Source: an uncultured bacterium (lineage in GTDB: Bacteria; Hydrogenedentota; Hydrogenedentia; Hydrogenedentales; JAEUWI01). From it: 13,502 bases of DNA. Positions 1 through 8,199 of this stretch are shown here, piece by piece. Made by a program: the position numbers and the translations under genes. The DNA is taken from contig CAXBPH010000194.1 in NCBI GenBank assembly GCA_963977445.1, positions 1 through 13,502 on the forward strand. Direction: 5' to 3'. How positions within the stretch are numbered: the first letter of the stretch is position 1; every line of letters starts with the position of its first letter. The notes beneath the pieces were generated by a model, which did not search any database, was not told the DNA's origin, and saw only the letters and a list, made by a program, of their open reading frames with translations.

Positions 1-1
1 T

Positions 2-40
2 CTGAAAAGCATGCACCTGCGGACGGAAATTCCCAAGTAG
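2..40 (+). CDS. Possible 3' end of an upstream CDS (…LKSMHLRTEIPK*)
   Basis: Open frame from the window edge to TAG at 38-40; the palindromic repeat starts 10 nt later, as REP-like elements often do after stop codons. Too short to verify. Confidence 0.25.
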   Translation: MKSMHLRTEIPK

Positions 41-50
41 GGGGGCGATT

Positions 51-279
51 GGGGACTGCACCGACGAGGTGATTCATGGCGGGGGTGGTGTTGTCTTGGC
101 GGGAAAAGTAGACTGACGAAGCAAAAAAGAAGCAATAGTCGGGGCCGTCCCCCTGAGGGTGTATATCCCTCGGGGGGACGGCCCCGGCTTTCTTATTTGG
201 TCGCTGCGTACGTGTAGTGCCGAGCCAACCACGGGGTGTTTTGTGTTGGGTCGGCGCTCTTGATGCCGGTGCAGTTCCC
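51..279. repeat. Palindromic ~230-bp element, copy 1 (REPIN/MITE-like)
   Basis: Starts GGGGACTGCACCG (51-63) and ends CGGTGCAGTTCCC (267-279), i.e. 13-bp terminal inverted repeats with one G-T pair. Central 23-bp stem 137-159/167-189 followed by TTCTTATTT. Confidence 0.85.
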
Positions 280-287
280 GGTCGTTC

Positions 288-517
288 GGGGACTGCACCG
301 ACGTGGTGATTATCGGCGGGGGTTGAGTTGTTTTGGCGGACGCAGTGGATTGACGAAGGCGTAGAGCATTAAATAGTCGGGGCCGTCCCCCTTGGGTTGG
401 AGTGACACTCGGGGGGACGGCCCCGGCTTTCTTATTGGTTGCTGCGTTCGTGCCGTGTCGTGTCAACCACGTGGTGCGTTGTGGTGGGTTGGCGTTTGTG
501 ATGCCGGTGCAGTCCCC
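288..517. repeat. Palindromic ~230-bp element, copy 2 (tandem, 237-bp period)
   Basis: GGGGACTGCACCG (288-300) … CGGTGCAGTCCCC (505-517), a perfect 13-bp inverted repeat. Central stem AGTCGGGGCCGTCCCCCT (375-392)/GGGGGGACGGCCCCGGCT (411-428) is identical to copy 1 with a different loop. Confidence 0.85.
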
Positions 518-595
518 ATGGCGTTGCTTTCCCGGCGCGGACCCGTTAGCATGGGTGGCTTCATCCTTATTGACCGATTAAACCGGAGAATTCCC

Positions 596-1747
596 ATGCT
601 GCATGTCCGTACGTTTTTTATCGTTGCGCTGGCTGTCGCGAGCCTTAGCTATGCCGAGTCCCCATCTGTTCGACTTACGATGCCGACGGCGATCTACGCC
701 ACGCCGGGGGTAGAGTCCAATCTCTATCTCGATAACGTGGTGTTGGTGATGAATTCAGCGAACTACGCCTTCGACGTGGATTGCGGTGTTGGCTTTCAAG
801 AATCGGAACGGTGGACCTATACGCCGAAGGTCGAAGAGGTGGGCACCTATGCCCTGTCCCTGCGTGTGATCGACCAGAGCAACGCTGTCGTCGCGGAGGG
901 CAGCACCACGGTGGTGGTGACCGACCCGGCCACGCTGAAAGACCGCGCAGTATCCACCCTGGTTATTGGTGACAGCCTCACCCATGCCTCGGTCTACACC
1001 CAGTCCCTCCTCGATTTCTGCGCCCAGCCCGACACCCCCGCCCTGACCCTGGTGGGGAGCCATGCGCCGAAGGACGACCCGGCCAATCGCCACGAAGGCT
1101 ACGGCGGCTGGACGGCGGCGCGCTTTGCCACCCATTACACCGATGCGCCCCGGGATGCGCCCTACAAAGAGCGGGGGAGTCCCTTTATTTACAAGAATGA
1201 CGCGGGGGAGACGGGTCTGGACTTCGCCCGCTATTGCGCAGACAACAATGGCGGTATTGCGCCGGACGTGGTAACCATCTTCCTGGGTTGCAACGACACG
1301 TTCAATGCAAAGGAAGAAGGGATTGAGGACGCCATAAACACCATGTTTACCCACATGGATACGCTCGTGGCTATGATTCACGGCTTCAGTCCCACGACGA
1401 AGATCGGGCTCATCGCCCCGGTGCCGCCCACCGTCAGTCAGGATGCCTTTGGTGCCAACTACAAGAATAACCAGACCCGCTGGCAATATCGCCGCAATCA
1501 GCATCGCGTGGTAGAGCGCATGGCGGCGACGTATGGCGGAAGAGAAGCGGAAAATCTGAGCCTTATCCCCGCGTATGTGAATCTCGACTGTGTTCATAAT
1601 TACCCCACCACCACGGGCCCTGCCAACAGCCGGACGGCGATTGAGGTGACCCGACAGAACAACAGCGTCCATCCGGCGGGCACGGGCTATCAACAAATTG
1701 GTGATTCGGTGTATGGTTGGTTGCTGGCTACACTGGCTGCAGCGTGA
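596..1747 (+). CDS. Secreted SGNH/GDSL hydrolase family protein (383 aa) with an N-terminal beta-rich (Ig/PKD-like) domain
   Basis: GDSLT (block I), HEGYGGW (block II), LGCND (block III), NSVHP (block V). Start moved to ATG 596: GGAGA SD upstream and signal-peptide-like MLHVRTFFIVALAVASLSYA. The longer ORF start runs through the repeat. Confidence 0.88.
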   Translation: MLHVRTFFIVALAVASLSYAESPSVRLTMPTAIYATPGVESNLYLDNVVLVMNSANYAFDVDCGVGFQESERWTYTPKVEEVGTYALSLRVIDQSNAVVAEGSTTVVVTDPATLKDRAVSTLVIGDSLTHASVYTQSLLDFCAQPDTPALTLVGSHAPKDDPANRHEGYGGWTAARFATHYTDAPRDAPYKERGSPFIYKNDAGETGLDFARYCADNNGGIAPDVVTIFLGCNDTFNAKEEGIEDAINTMFTHMDTLVAMIHGFSPTTKIGLIAPVPPTVSQDAFGANYKNNQTRWQYRRNQHRVVERMAATYGGREAENLSLIPAYVNLDCVHNYPTTTGPANSRTAIEVTRQNNSVHPAGTGYQQIGDSVYGWLLATLAAA

Positions 1748-1793
1748 GCGATCACAAAGAATTTGGAATTGGGAACAAGGGAAGGTGCTCGGG

Positions 1794-3920
1794 ATGACGT
1801 TTTGGAAATCAAGTTGCTTTGTGATGGGGTTGGTTGCTGCCGGGGCGATGCCAGGCGCCCACGCCGCGGAAGAGAATACCAACTGGTCGGCCTATCTCGG
1901 GGGCCAGGACAGCGGACAGTATTCGCCTCTCACCCAAATCAATCGGGAAAACGTGACGAAACTCACGCCCGCCTGGACCTATAACAGCGAAGGGGCCAAT
2001 CCAGAGCGCCTCGGCCAGATTCAATGCAATCCCCTCGTGATGGATGGCATTCTGTATGGCGTATCGCCCTACATGAAGGTTTTCGCCCTCGACGGGGCCA
2101 CCGGGGTCGAAAAGTGGACCTTCACGCCCGAGGAACCCAAGAAAGTCGTGTGTCGCGGTTTTGGCTGGTGGGTCGACGGGGACAAAACGCGCCTGCTCTA
2201 CGGCGGCGGCCCTAAACTTTACATGATCGACGCGGAAACTGGCGCACTGGTTGCCGATTTCGGCGATGGTGGCCACATTCGTCTTTCCGTCGGGCTTGGT
2301 CGCGACCCCGAAAAAATCTATGCCGAGTCTTCCTCGCCCGGTGTGGTTTACAAGGATCTCTACATTATCGGCCTGCGGACCATGGAATCCCACCCGGCCG
2401 CACCGGGATTTATTCGCGCCTATGACCTCCACACCGGTGCCATTGCCTGGACCTTTCACACCATACCCCAACCCGGCGAGCCGGGCTACGAAACCTGGCC
2501 GGAAGAAGCCTACACCTTTACAGGCGGTGCCAACTCCTGGTCGGGCATGAGTCTCGATGCCGAACGCGGCATTGTCTACGTGCCCACGGGCTCCGCGGCC
2601 TTCGATTTTTATGGGGGCGATCGTCACGGCGACAATCTCTACGCCAACACCCTCCTCGCGCTGGATGCCAACACGGGCGAGCGGAAGTGGCACTTTCAGA
2701 CGGTTCACCACGATCTCTGGGATCGTGATCTTCCGGCCCCACCCAATCTTTTGACTGTCGAGCACGATGGCAAAAAAATTGATGCCGTCGCCCAGATTAC
2801 CAAGTCGGCCTTGGTCTTTCTTTTTGACCGGGAGACAGGGGAGCCCCTCTTTCCCATCGAAGAGATTCCCGTGCCTGCGTCTGACCTGGAGGGCGAGTTG
2901 GCCTCCACGACCCAGCCCGTGCCCACGCGGCCCGCGCCTTTTTCACGTAGCAAATATGAATACGCCGACCTGCCCGACCTCACGCCAGAAACCCACGATA
3001 GCGTCATGAAACGCTGGGCCCAGTTGCGCAAAGAGCGCTTTGCACCACCCAGCCGCGAAGGCACCCTCATTTTTCCCGGCTACGATGGTGGCGGTGAATG
3101 GGGCGGGGCTGCCGTCGATCCGGAAACGGGCTATCTCTATATCAATGCCAGCGAAATGCCCTGGATTCTCACGATGGTCGACATCAACCAATTCGGCAGC
3201 AACCCGGCACTCCGGGAAGGGGCCATGACCTACGCAAAGAATTGCATCTTTTGCCACGGTGTCAATCGCGAAGGCAACACCTCCAGCATGTATCCGCCCC
3301 TGCGGGGTATTGGTGAGCGGCTCAAGCGGGAAGACGCCAAGGCCCTCCTGCTCGCGGGCAAAGGCTTCATGCCCTCCTTCACCAACTTTGGCGAAGAGAG
3401 TCTGAATAACCTCCTCGACTATATCTATGCCGCCGACGAGGCCCAATCGACGGAAGAAAAAACCGATGCCCCAACGGGTGAAAAATTACCCGCCGAATTT
3501 CGCCACACCGGCTGGAACCGGTTCGTCGATGACCTCGGCTACCCCGCCATCAAGCCCCCCTGGGGCACCCTCAACGCCATCAATATGAACAACGGCATCA
3601 TCGAATGGAAGGCCGTCCTCGGAGATACGCCGAGCCTCCGTGAAGCGGGCCACGGAAGAACAGGTACCGAAAACTACGGCGGCCCCGTCGTCACCAAAGG
3701 GGGGCTCATCTTTATCGGCGCGACGAAAGACGAGATGTTTCACGCCTACGACAAAGAAACCGGCATACTCCTCTGGGAGACCAAGCTCCCCGCAGCGGGC
3801 TACGCCACCCCTGCGACCTACATGGTTGATGGCGTCCAATACGTCGTCATCGCTGCCGCTGGTGGAAAAATCGGCACCGCCGAAGGCGACGCGTATGTTG
3901 CGTTTAGAATTGAGAAATGA
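1794..3920 (+). CDS. PQQ-dependent (quinoprotein glucose dehydrogenase-like) beta-propeller protein with internal c-type cytochrome domain (708 aa)
   Basis: YSPLTQINRENV, GGANSWSGMSLD, WHFQTVHHDLWDRDLP, PPWGTLNAI, GTENYGGPVVT and ATPATYMVDGVQYVVIAA are typical of PQQ GDH-type proteins. CIFCH heme motif at 3243-3257 with downstream MPSF. ATG 1794 gives a signal peptide ending AHA. Confidence 0.92.
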   Translation: MTFWKSSCFVMGLVAAGAMPGAHAAEENTNWSAYLGGQDSGQYSPLTQINRENVTKLTPAWTYNSEGANPERLGQIQCNPLVMDGILYGVSPYMKVFALDGATGVEKWTFTPEEPKKVVCRGFGWWVDGDKTRLLYGGGPKLYMIDAETGALVADFGDGGHIRLSVGLGRDPEKIYAESSSPGVVYKDLYIIGLRTMESHPAAPGFIRAYDLHTGAIAWTFHTIPQPGEPGYETWPEEAYTFTGGANSWSGMSLDAERGIVYVPTGSAAFDFYGGDRHGDNLYANTLLALDANTGERKWHFQTVHHDLWDRDLPAPPNLLTVEHDGKKIDAVAQITKSALVFLFDRETGEPLFPIEEIPVPASDLEGELASTTQPVPTRPAPFSRSKYEYADLPDLTPETHDSVMKRWAQLRKERFAPPSREGTLIFPGYDGGGEWGGAAVDPETGYLYINASEMPWILTMVDINQFGSNPALREGAMTYAKNCIFCHGVNREGNTSSMYPPLRGIGERLKREDAKALLLAGKGFMPSFTNFGEESLNNLLDYIYAADEAQSTEEKTDAPTGEKLPAEFRHTGWNRFVDDLGYPAIKPPWGTLNAINMNNGIIEWKAVLGDTPSLREAGHGRTGTENYGGPVVTKGGLIFIGATKDEMFHAYDKETGILLWETKLPAAGYATPATYMVDGVQYVVIAAAGGKIGTAEGDAYVAFRIEK

Positions 3921-3932
3921 ATTTAGAATTTA
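3900..3932. repeat. Heptamer tandem array (GAATTTA-type) overlapping the stop codon of the PQQ gene
   Basis: GCGTTTA GAATTGA GAAAT GAATTTA GAATTTA; reverse complement of the ATTCTAA-type array at 4390-4424. Confidence 0.7.
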
Positions 3933-3935
3933 AAA

Positions 3936-4345
3936 GGTTCATGGGCAATTAGTGGAGATGATTTATTCGATATTTCAAGCACCGAAGGTAAAGGGGTGAT
4001 TCAATGCGTTCTTGCGAAACATGGCGCAACGCTTCTTTTGGCAGATAAAACCACAAACCATGGACGTGCCGCGCGATCTGGTACTCCTGTCGAAGATGCG
4101 CCGCAGGAGGATTCGTGCGAAGGGACTGAGGAACGACAACGGGGGCTATGGGTGTTGCGGGTGTTCTGCAAGAAGGCAACTGAATCAGGCGCAGCGTGCT
4201 TGGCCTTGGTCTTGATGTAGAGACCTAATCGTATCTCCTAACCCGCGCACGAACCGGGAATACCGGATCGCGCGGCACGATTGGTGGTTTCAGTTGTTTT
4301 TGGTCAAATGAGTCTTTGTTGGTACTCATTAATTACCCTTGAACC
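3936..4345. repeat. Nested inverted-repeat element / long hairpin in intergenic region
   Basis: IR pairs: 3936-3954/4327-4345 (16/19 match), 4065-4087/4257-4279 (21/23 match), 4123-4131/4204-4212 (pairs with G-U), small central hairpin 4155-4171. Confidence 0.8.
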
Positions 4346-4389
4346 ATTTTTTAAAAAAGGGTTTTATGGAGAGACCGCCTGAACACACA

Positions 4390-4424
4390 ATTCTAAATTC
4401 ACTATTCACCATTCTAAATTCTAC
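4390..4424. repeat. Heptamer tandem array, 5 copies ATTC(T/A)(A/C)N
   Basis: ATTCTAA ATTCACT ATTCACC ATTCTAA ATTCTAC. Confidence 0.9.
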
Positions 4425-4447
4425 CGACGTTTGAAGGAAAAATTACC

Positions 4448-5632
4448 ATGAGATTACTGATTGCACTTGCATTGTTTATTCCCCTCCACCCCACCATGGC
4501 CGCCGAGCCGGTAGCCCCGGTTGGTTACGACATTGAGGTGCAGACCATTCACGCTGGATTCGACAAGGAGACCTGTTGGGTGCACCCCCGTGCGGGAACC
4601 ATTCCCGGGGAGACGCCCACGGTGGTCCTCACCATGCAGAAGCTCCTCCTCAGTGGCTCCGATATTTTCTACGCCCTCAATGAGATGCGTACGGACGATA
4701 TGGGCAAAACCTGGAGTGGCCCCACGGAACACGCCAACCTCGGCCGCATCCCCTATGGCGACGGTGGCACGGCAGTGATTTGCGACTTCACTCCCAAATG
4801 GCACGCCGCCTCGGGCAAGCTCCTCGGCACGGGCCACACCGCCATGTACAACAAGGACAACAAGCTCATCCACACCAACCGCGCGCGGACGACGGCCTAT
4901 TCGGTCTATAACCCCGACGAACGGACCTGGTCCACGTGGAAATCCATGGAGATGCCCGACGAGCCCTATTTCTTCAACAACGGCGCCGGATGCACCCAGC
5001 GGGTTGACCTGCCCAACGGCGACATCCTCCTGCCCGTCTACTGCAAGCCCATGGACGCCAAGCAATACAGCGCCACCATCGTGCGCGCCCGTTTTGATGG
5101 CGAAACCCTCAGCTACGTGGAGCACGGCAACCTGCTCACCGTTCCCGTAGAGCGCGGCTTTCCCGAGCCCTCCCTCGCCGAATACAAGGGGCGCTTTTAC
5201 CTCACCCTGCGCAACGATGTGAAGGGCTACGTCAGCAGCAGCGACGACGGCCTTCATTTCGACGAGGCCCAGCCCTGGACCTTTGACGATGGCGAAGAGC
5301 TCGGTTCTTACAACACCCAGCAACACTGGGTCACCCATCCCGACGGCCTTTTCCTGGTCTACACGCGGAAGGGCGCCGACAACGACCACGTCTTCCGTCA
5401 CCGTGCGCCCCTGTTTATGGCGCAGGTCAATCCCGAGACGCTCCAGGTCATCCGCAGCACCGAACGTATCCTCGTCAACGAGCGCGGCGCACGGCTTGGC
5501 AACTTCGCCGTGACCAAAGTGAGTGATGAAGAGACCTGGGTTACCGTCGCCGAATGGATGCAGCCCGTAGGCATCGAAAAATATGGCTCCGACAACAGCG
5601 TCTATGTGGCGAAGATTAAATGGAAAAAGTAA
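4448..5632 (+). CDS. Secreted sialidase-like / BNR (Asp-box) repeat beta-propeller protein (394 aa)
   Basis: Signal peptide MRLLIALALFIPLHPTMA; Asp-box-like RTDDMGKTWS and SSSDDGLHF; LPNGDILLPVY and EPSLA motifs common in sialidase-family propellers; GAAGGA SD. Confidence 0.82.
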   Translation: MRLLIALALFIPLHPTMAAEPVAPVGYDIEVQTIHAGFDKETCWVHPRAGTIPGETPTVVLTMQKLLLSGSDIFYALNEMRTDDMGKTWSGPTEHANLGRIPYGDGGTAVICDFTPKWHAASGKLLGTGHTAMYNKDNKLIHTNRARTTAYSVYNPDERTWSTWKSMEMPDEPYFFNNGAGCTQRVDLPNGDILLPVYCKPMDAKQYSATIVRARFDGETLSYVEHGNLLTVPVERGFPEPSLAEYKGRFYLTLRNDVKGYVSSSDDGLHFDEAQPWTFDDGEELGSYNTQQHWVTHPDGLFLVYTRKGADNDHVFRHRAPLFMAQVNPETLQVIRSTERILVNERGARLGNFAVTKVSDEETWVTVAEWMQPVGIEKYGSDNSVYVAKIKWKK

Positions 5633-5656
5633 ATCTGGACTCGTGATTGGCGCATT

Positions 5657-5691
5657 GAAAGACCCGCCGGGGTATCCCGCGCGGGTCTTTC
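5657..5691. terminator. Probable bidirectional intrinsic terminator between convergent genes
   Basis: GAAAGACCCGC (5657-5667)/GCGGGTCTTTC (5681-5691) perfect 11-bp stem extended by CGGG-GTAT-CCCG; lies between stops at 5632 (+) and 5743 (-). T-tracts are short. Confidence 0.65.
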
Positions 5692-5742
5692 CATTCGCTG
5701 TTCTTAGTTCACCGTGTTTTGGGCGTTCCCCGGCTTTATGCC

Positions 5743-7251
5743 CTACGACGTTGGCCCAAAACGAAAGGCGTATAGGCGGGTGCCAAACTGCAACTCAAAG
5801 CGGAGGCGAATCGCTTTGTCCGCCAAGGCCTTCAGGTCGGATTGCCCGCCCCAGCTAACCCGAAACTTCGTCCTGTTGGTTGCGTGGATGCGGTCGCAAT
5901 CTTCCAGCGCAAAACCCGGTATGGGAACCCCCGTGGCGTCCTGAATTTCGACCCGAGATAACCCAACCCCCGAGGTGTCGATGTTCAGATACAAGGCGTC
6001 GCCCTCAAACCGCATGGCCGGCGTGGTGAATTCACCGCCGTCATAGGGGGCCTCCACGCAGGTGAAGCCATCCTTGCGCAACACCACCCGACTCAACACA
6101 TACTGGTCCTGCACCGCCGGATCGCCCGTGTGGGGGTCGTTGATGCCGATATAATACATCCAGATTTCGTCCCCCTGGAGGTGCATCCCCCGGGTCATAT
6201 ACATGCCCAGGGCATCGTTGCTTCCCGCCAGACCGTTCCGAATCCACGGACGCCGTTCATAGCGCTCCCACGCCACGCCATCACGGCTCGCCGCCAGCGC
6301 GATGTCCTCCGAACCCACGTTGTATACGCCCACCGTGGTCGGCGTATAGGCGGACATATCCTCCGCGAGATACCAATCTTCATAAGAGCGATACCGCGTG
6401 TTGAACAGGAAATAGGCGTCCTGCGCCCCGGGATAGGGCACGACCTGGGGACAATAAAAGTCCATCACCTTCACGCCGCCGAAGGTAGGGTCCCGATCAT
6501 CCGGCGCGAGGACGACCTCCGGCATGGGGAACGATGCGGGGTCCTCCGAAACCGAACGGCCAATCGCGCGCCGCGAATATTTATTTTCGCCGCCATACCG
6601 TTGTGTGCCGATGGTGCGAAAGTAGGGCACCCGCTCCGGCGGACACGTGAAGACCTTGTTCACCCGAACGTAGGCCACATACTTTCCCAACCCCTCGTCA
6701 AAATAGCACACGTTGTGGCTGTCCATGCCATGGGGGTAGGCGGCCTCCGCCGGGAAGATGCCCTCGCGCAGCACCGTCCAGTCCTTGCCATTCGGCGAAG
6801 TGCTCATCGAGTTTTTCAGCCCATCCAGCCGCTTGAACCGTTCCGCAGGCGGGGCGTTGGGGTCTTCAAACACCGTGGCACCGCCAAACAGAATGCCAAG
6901 CATGTCGTCCTCCTCCGGCGGCCCAAAACCCGAGGTCCGTCGCCAATGGATGCCATCCTTCGACAAGGCGCTGTACCAGAGGTACTCCATGCTGGGTTTC
7001 ACCAGCGTCGAGTAGCCCCCCAGCTTGCCCTTAAGGTTAACCTCGTTGGTCTTGACAGGCGCGCACGTAACAATGCGGACGTTTTCAGAGGCGGCCAGAA
7101 ATCGACCATCGATGAAGACCTGATTGTTGCTGCCGATTTCGAGGGGCACCTCGGCCGGTTCGCCGCAGACGGAGAGGGCGGGGAGCAGGAGAAGCAGGTT
7201 GAGAACGATGCGGCTTGGGCGACACAGGTGCGATAGGGCCAATAGGTCCAT
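5743..7251 (-). CDS. Secreted glycoside-hydrolase-like five-bladed beta-propeller protein (GH32/43/130 clan-like), 502 aa
   Basis: Motifs SKDGIHW, DPNAPPAERFK, DSHNVCYFD, LAASRDGVAW, GDEIWMYY, LRKDGF and a C-terminal beta-sandwich (…PIPGFALEDCD…IRLRFEL…LYAFRF). Start placed at ATG 7251 (GAGGA SD; hydrophobic LLLLLPAL signal). Confidence 0.78.
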   Translation of the reverse strand: MDLLALSHLCRPSRIVLNLLLLLPALSVCGEPAEVPLEIGSNNQVFIDGRFLAASENVRIVTCAPVKTNEVNLKGKLGGYSTLVKPSMEYLWYSALSKDGIHWRRTSGFGPPEEDDMLGILFGGATVFEDPNAPPAERFKRLDGLKNSMSTSPNGKDWTVLREGIFPAEAAYPHGMDSHNVCYFDEGLGKYVAYVRVNKVFTCPPERVPYFRTIGTQRYGGENKYSRRAIGRSVSEDPASFPMPEVVLAPDDRDPTFGGVKVMDFYCPQVVPYPGAQDAYFLFNTRYRSYEDWYLAEDMSAYTPTTVGVYNVGSEDIALAASRDGVAWERYERRPWIRNGLAGSNDALGMYMTRGMHLQGDEIWMYYIGINDPHTGDPAVQDQYVLSRVVLRKDGFTCVEAPYDGGEFTTPAMRFEGDALYLNIDTSGVGLSRVEIQDATGVPIPGFALEDCDRIHATNRTKFRVSWGGQSDLKALADKAIRLRFELQFGTRLYAFRFGPTS

Positions 7252-7434
7252 GATGTGGTGGTTCCTCTTTGGGAAGGGTACAGCGACTTGGGATGATGTT
7301 GGATGGTCCCAGTGTATCAAGGGAAGATTGGGGTGTCCATTGGCGGTGGGGGCGGGGGACGCCGTCGCACAAAGTCGCCGCAAAAAAACACAAGACCCGC
7401 CACTGTAACCAATCGGCCCTGACAGATGAATCGC

Positions 7435-7491
7435 ATTCTAAATTCACTATTCAAAATTCACTATTCCTCGGTCTCACTCGTCCCACAAAAC
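7435..7491. repeat. Left composite inverted repeat of the four-helix-bundle cassette (5 heptamers + 2 nonamers + AAAAC)
   Basis: ATTCTAA ATTCACT ATTCAAA ATTCACT ATTCCTC G GTCTCAC TC GTCCCAC AAAAC. Confidence 0.9.
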
Positions 7492-7508
7492 CCGCCGCAA
7501 AAAAATAC

Positions 7509-7538
7509 TGGACACCCCCGCAGGGTCTACGCCATAAT
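7509..7538 (+). promoter_or_regulatory. Putative sigma70-type promoter for the four-helix-bundle gene
   Basis: TGGACA (7509-7514), 18-nt spacer, CATAAT (7533-7538), A-tract upstream; 57 nt before the ATG. Confidence 0.45.
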
Positions 7539-7595
7539 CGCCATAGAACACCACAACACGGTAACACGCCTGTTCAACGTCGGGGGCGATCAAAC

Positions 7596-8168
7596 ATGAC
7601 CGAAGGCTTTATTCCAAAGCACGGCGGCTACGCCACGCTGCTCTCCTATCAGAAAGCGGAAATTGTCTACGACGCTACCGTCTGCTTCTGCCGCCGTTTC
7701 CTGAACAAACGGGACCGAACCTATGACCAGATGGTCCAGGCCGCGCGCTCCGGAAAGCAGAACATCATCGAAGGCAGCCAGGCCGCAGGCACCTCGAAGG
7801 AAATGGAGATCAAGCTGACCAACGTGGCCCGCGCAAGTCTCGAAGAGCTCCTCGCCGACTATCTCGACTTCCTGCGAACCCACGACGGCGCGATTTGGGA
7901 CAAAGACAGTAAGGAAGCCCGCTACGTCAGACGGCTGAGCCAGGGGGACGGAGTCACCTTCGCCACCTACGAAAGCTTCCTCACCACACGCCCGCCCGAT
8001 ACCGTAGCAAACATCCTCATTTGCCTGATTCACCAGACTACCTACCTGCTCAACCGACAGATTCGTCACTTGGAAAAAGAGTTTATCGAACACGGCGGCC
8101 TCCGCGAACGGATGACAAAAGCGCGCCTCGCGACCCGCAATCACCAGCAAGGCCGAGGGCGCGATTAA
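7596..8168 (+). CDS. Four helix bundle protein with C-terminal 'suffix' domain (23S rRNA IVS-protein/Avd-like superfamily), 190 aa
   Basis: GGYATLLSYQKAEIVYDAT, RTYDQMVQAARSGKQNIIEGS, EIKLTNVARASLEELLADYLDFLR and C-terminal ANILICLIHQTTYLLNRQIRHLEKEFIEHGGLRERMTKAR match the four-helix-bundle-suffix family (TIGR02436/TIGR04258-type) as recalled. Start moved from 7269 to ATG 7596. Confidence 0.92.
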   Translation: MTEGFIPKHGGYATLLSYQKAEIVYDATVCFCRRFLNKRDRTYDQMVQAARSGKQNIIEGSQAAGTSKEMEIKLTNVARASLEELLADYLDFLRTHDGAIWDKDSKEARYVRRLSQGDGVTFATYESFLTTRPPDTVANILICLIHQTTYLLNRQIRHLEKEFIEHGGLRERMTKARLATRNHQQGRGRD

Positions 8169-8170
8169 AT

Positions 8171-8198
8171 GGGGGTGGCGCAGTGTCAGCGCCCCTAC
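8171..8198 (-). repeat. GTAG-class REP-like element immediately after the four-helix-bundle stop
   Basis: Minus strand reads GTAG-GGGCGC-TGACACT-GCGCC, a GTAG tetranucleotide followed by a short GC palindrome as in RAYT-associated REPs. Confidence 0.4.
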
Positions 8199-8199
8199 C

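Noticed and set aside
51..517. CRISPR array (constant palindromic stems with variable inserts)
   Set aside because: Only two units with a 237-bp period, the sequences between stems are homologous rather than unique spacers, and no cas genes are present.
392..595. N-terminal extensions in the ORF track (392, 1698, 7383, 7269, 11481 starts)
   Set aside because: They run through repeats or neighbouring genes; downstream starts have SD sequences, signal peptides or family-typical N-termini.
3949..4329. Short ORFs 3949-4179(-), 3996-4220(+), 4012-4215(+) and a 34-aa minus-strand ORF starting at 4329
   Set aside because: No recognisable motifs; the shared VPRDxV peptide on opposite strands simply reflects the DNA inverted repeat.
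755..7236. Long antisense ORFs (755-1882, 1809-2765, 4454-5401, 6130-7236)
   Set aside because: Shadow ORFs opposite well-supported genes, expected in GC-rich DNA.
7596..8168. Diversity-generating retroelement or 23S rRNA intervening sequence
   Set aside because: No reverse transcriptase, no TR/VR pair differing at adenines, and no rRNA sequence in the window.
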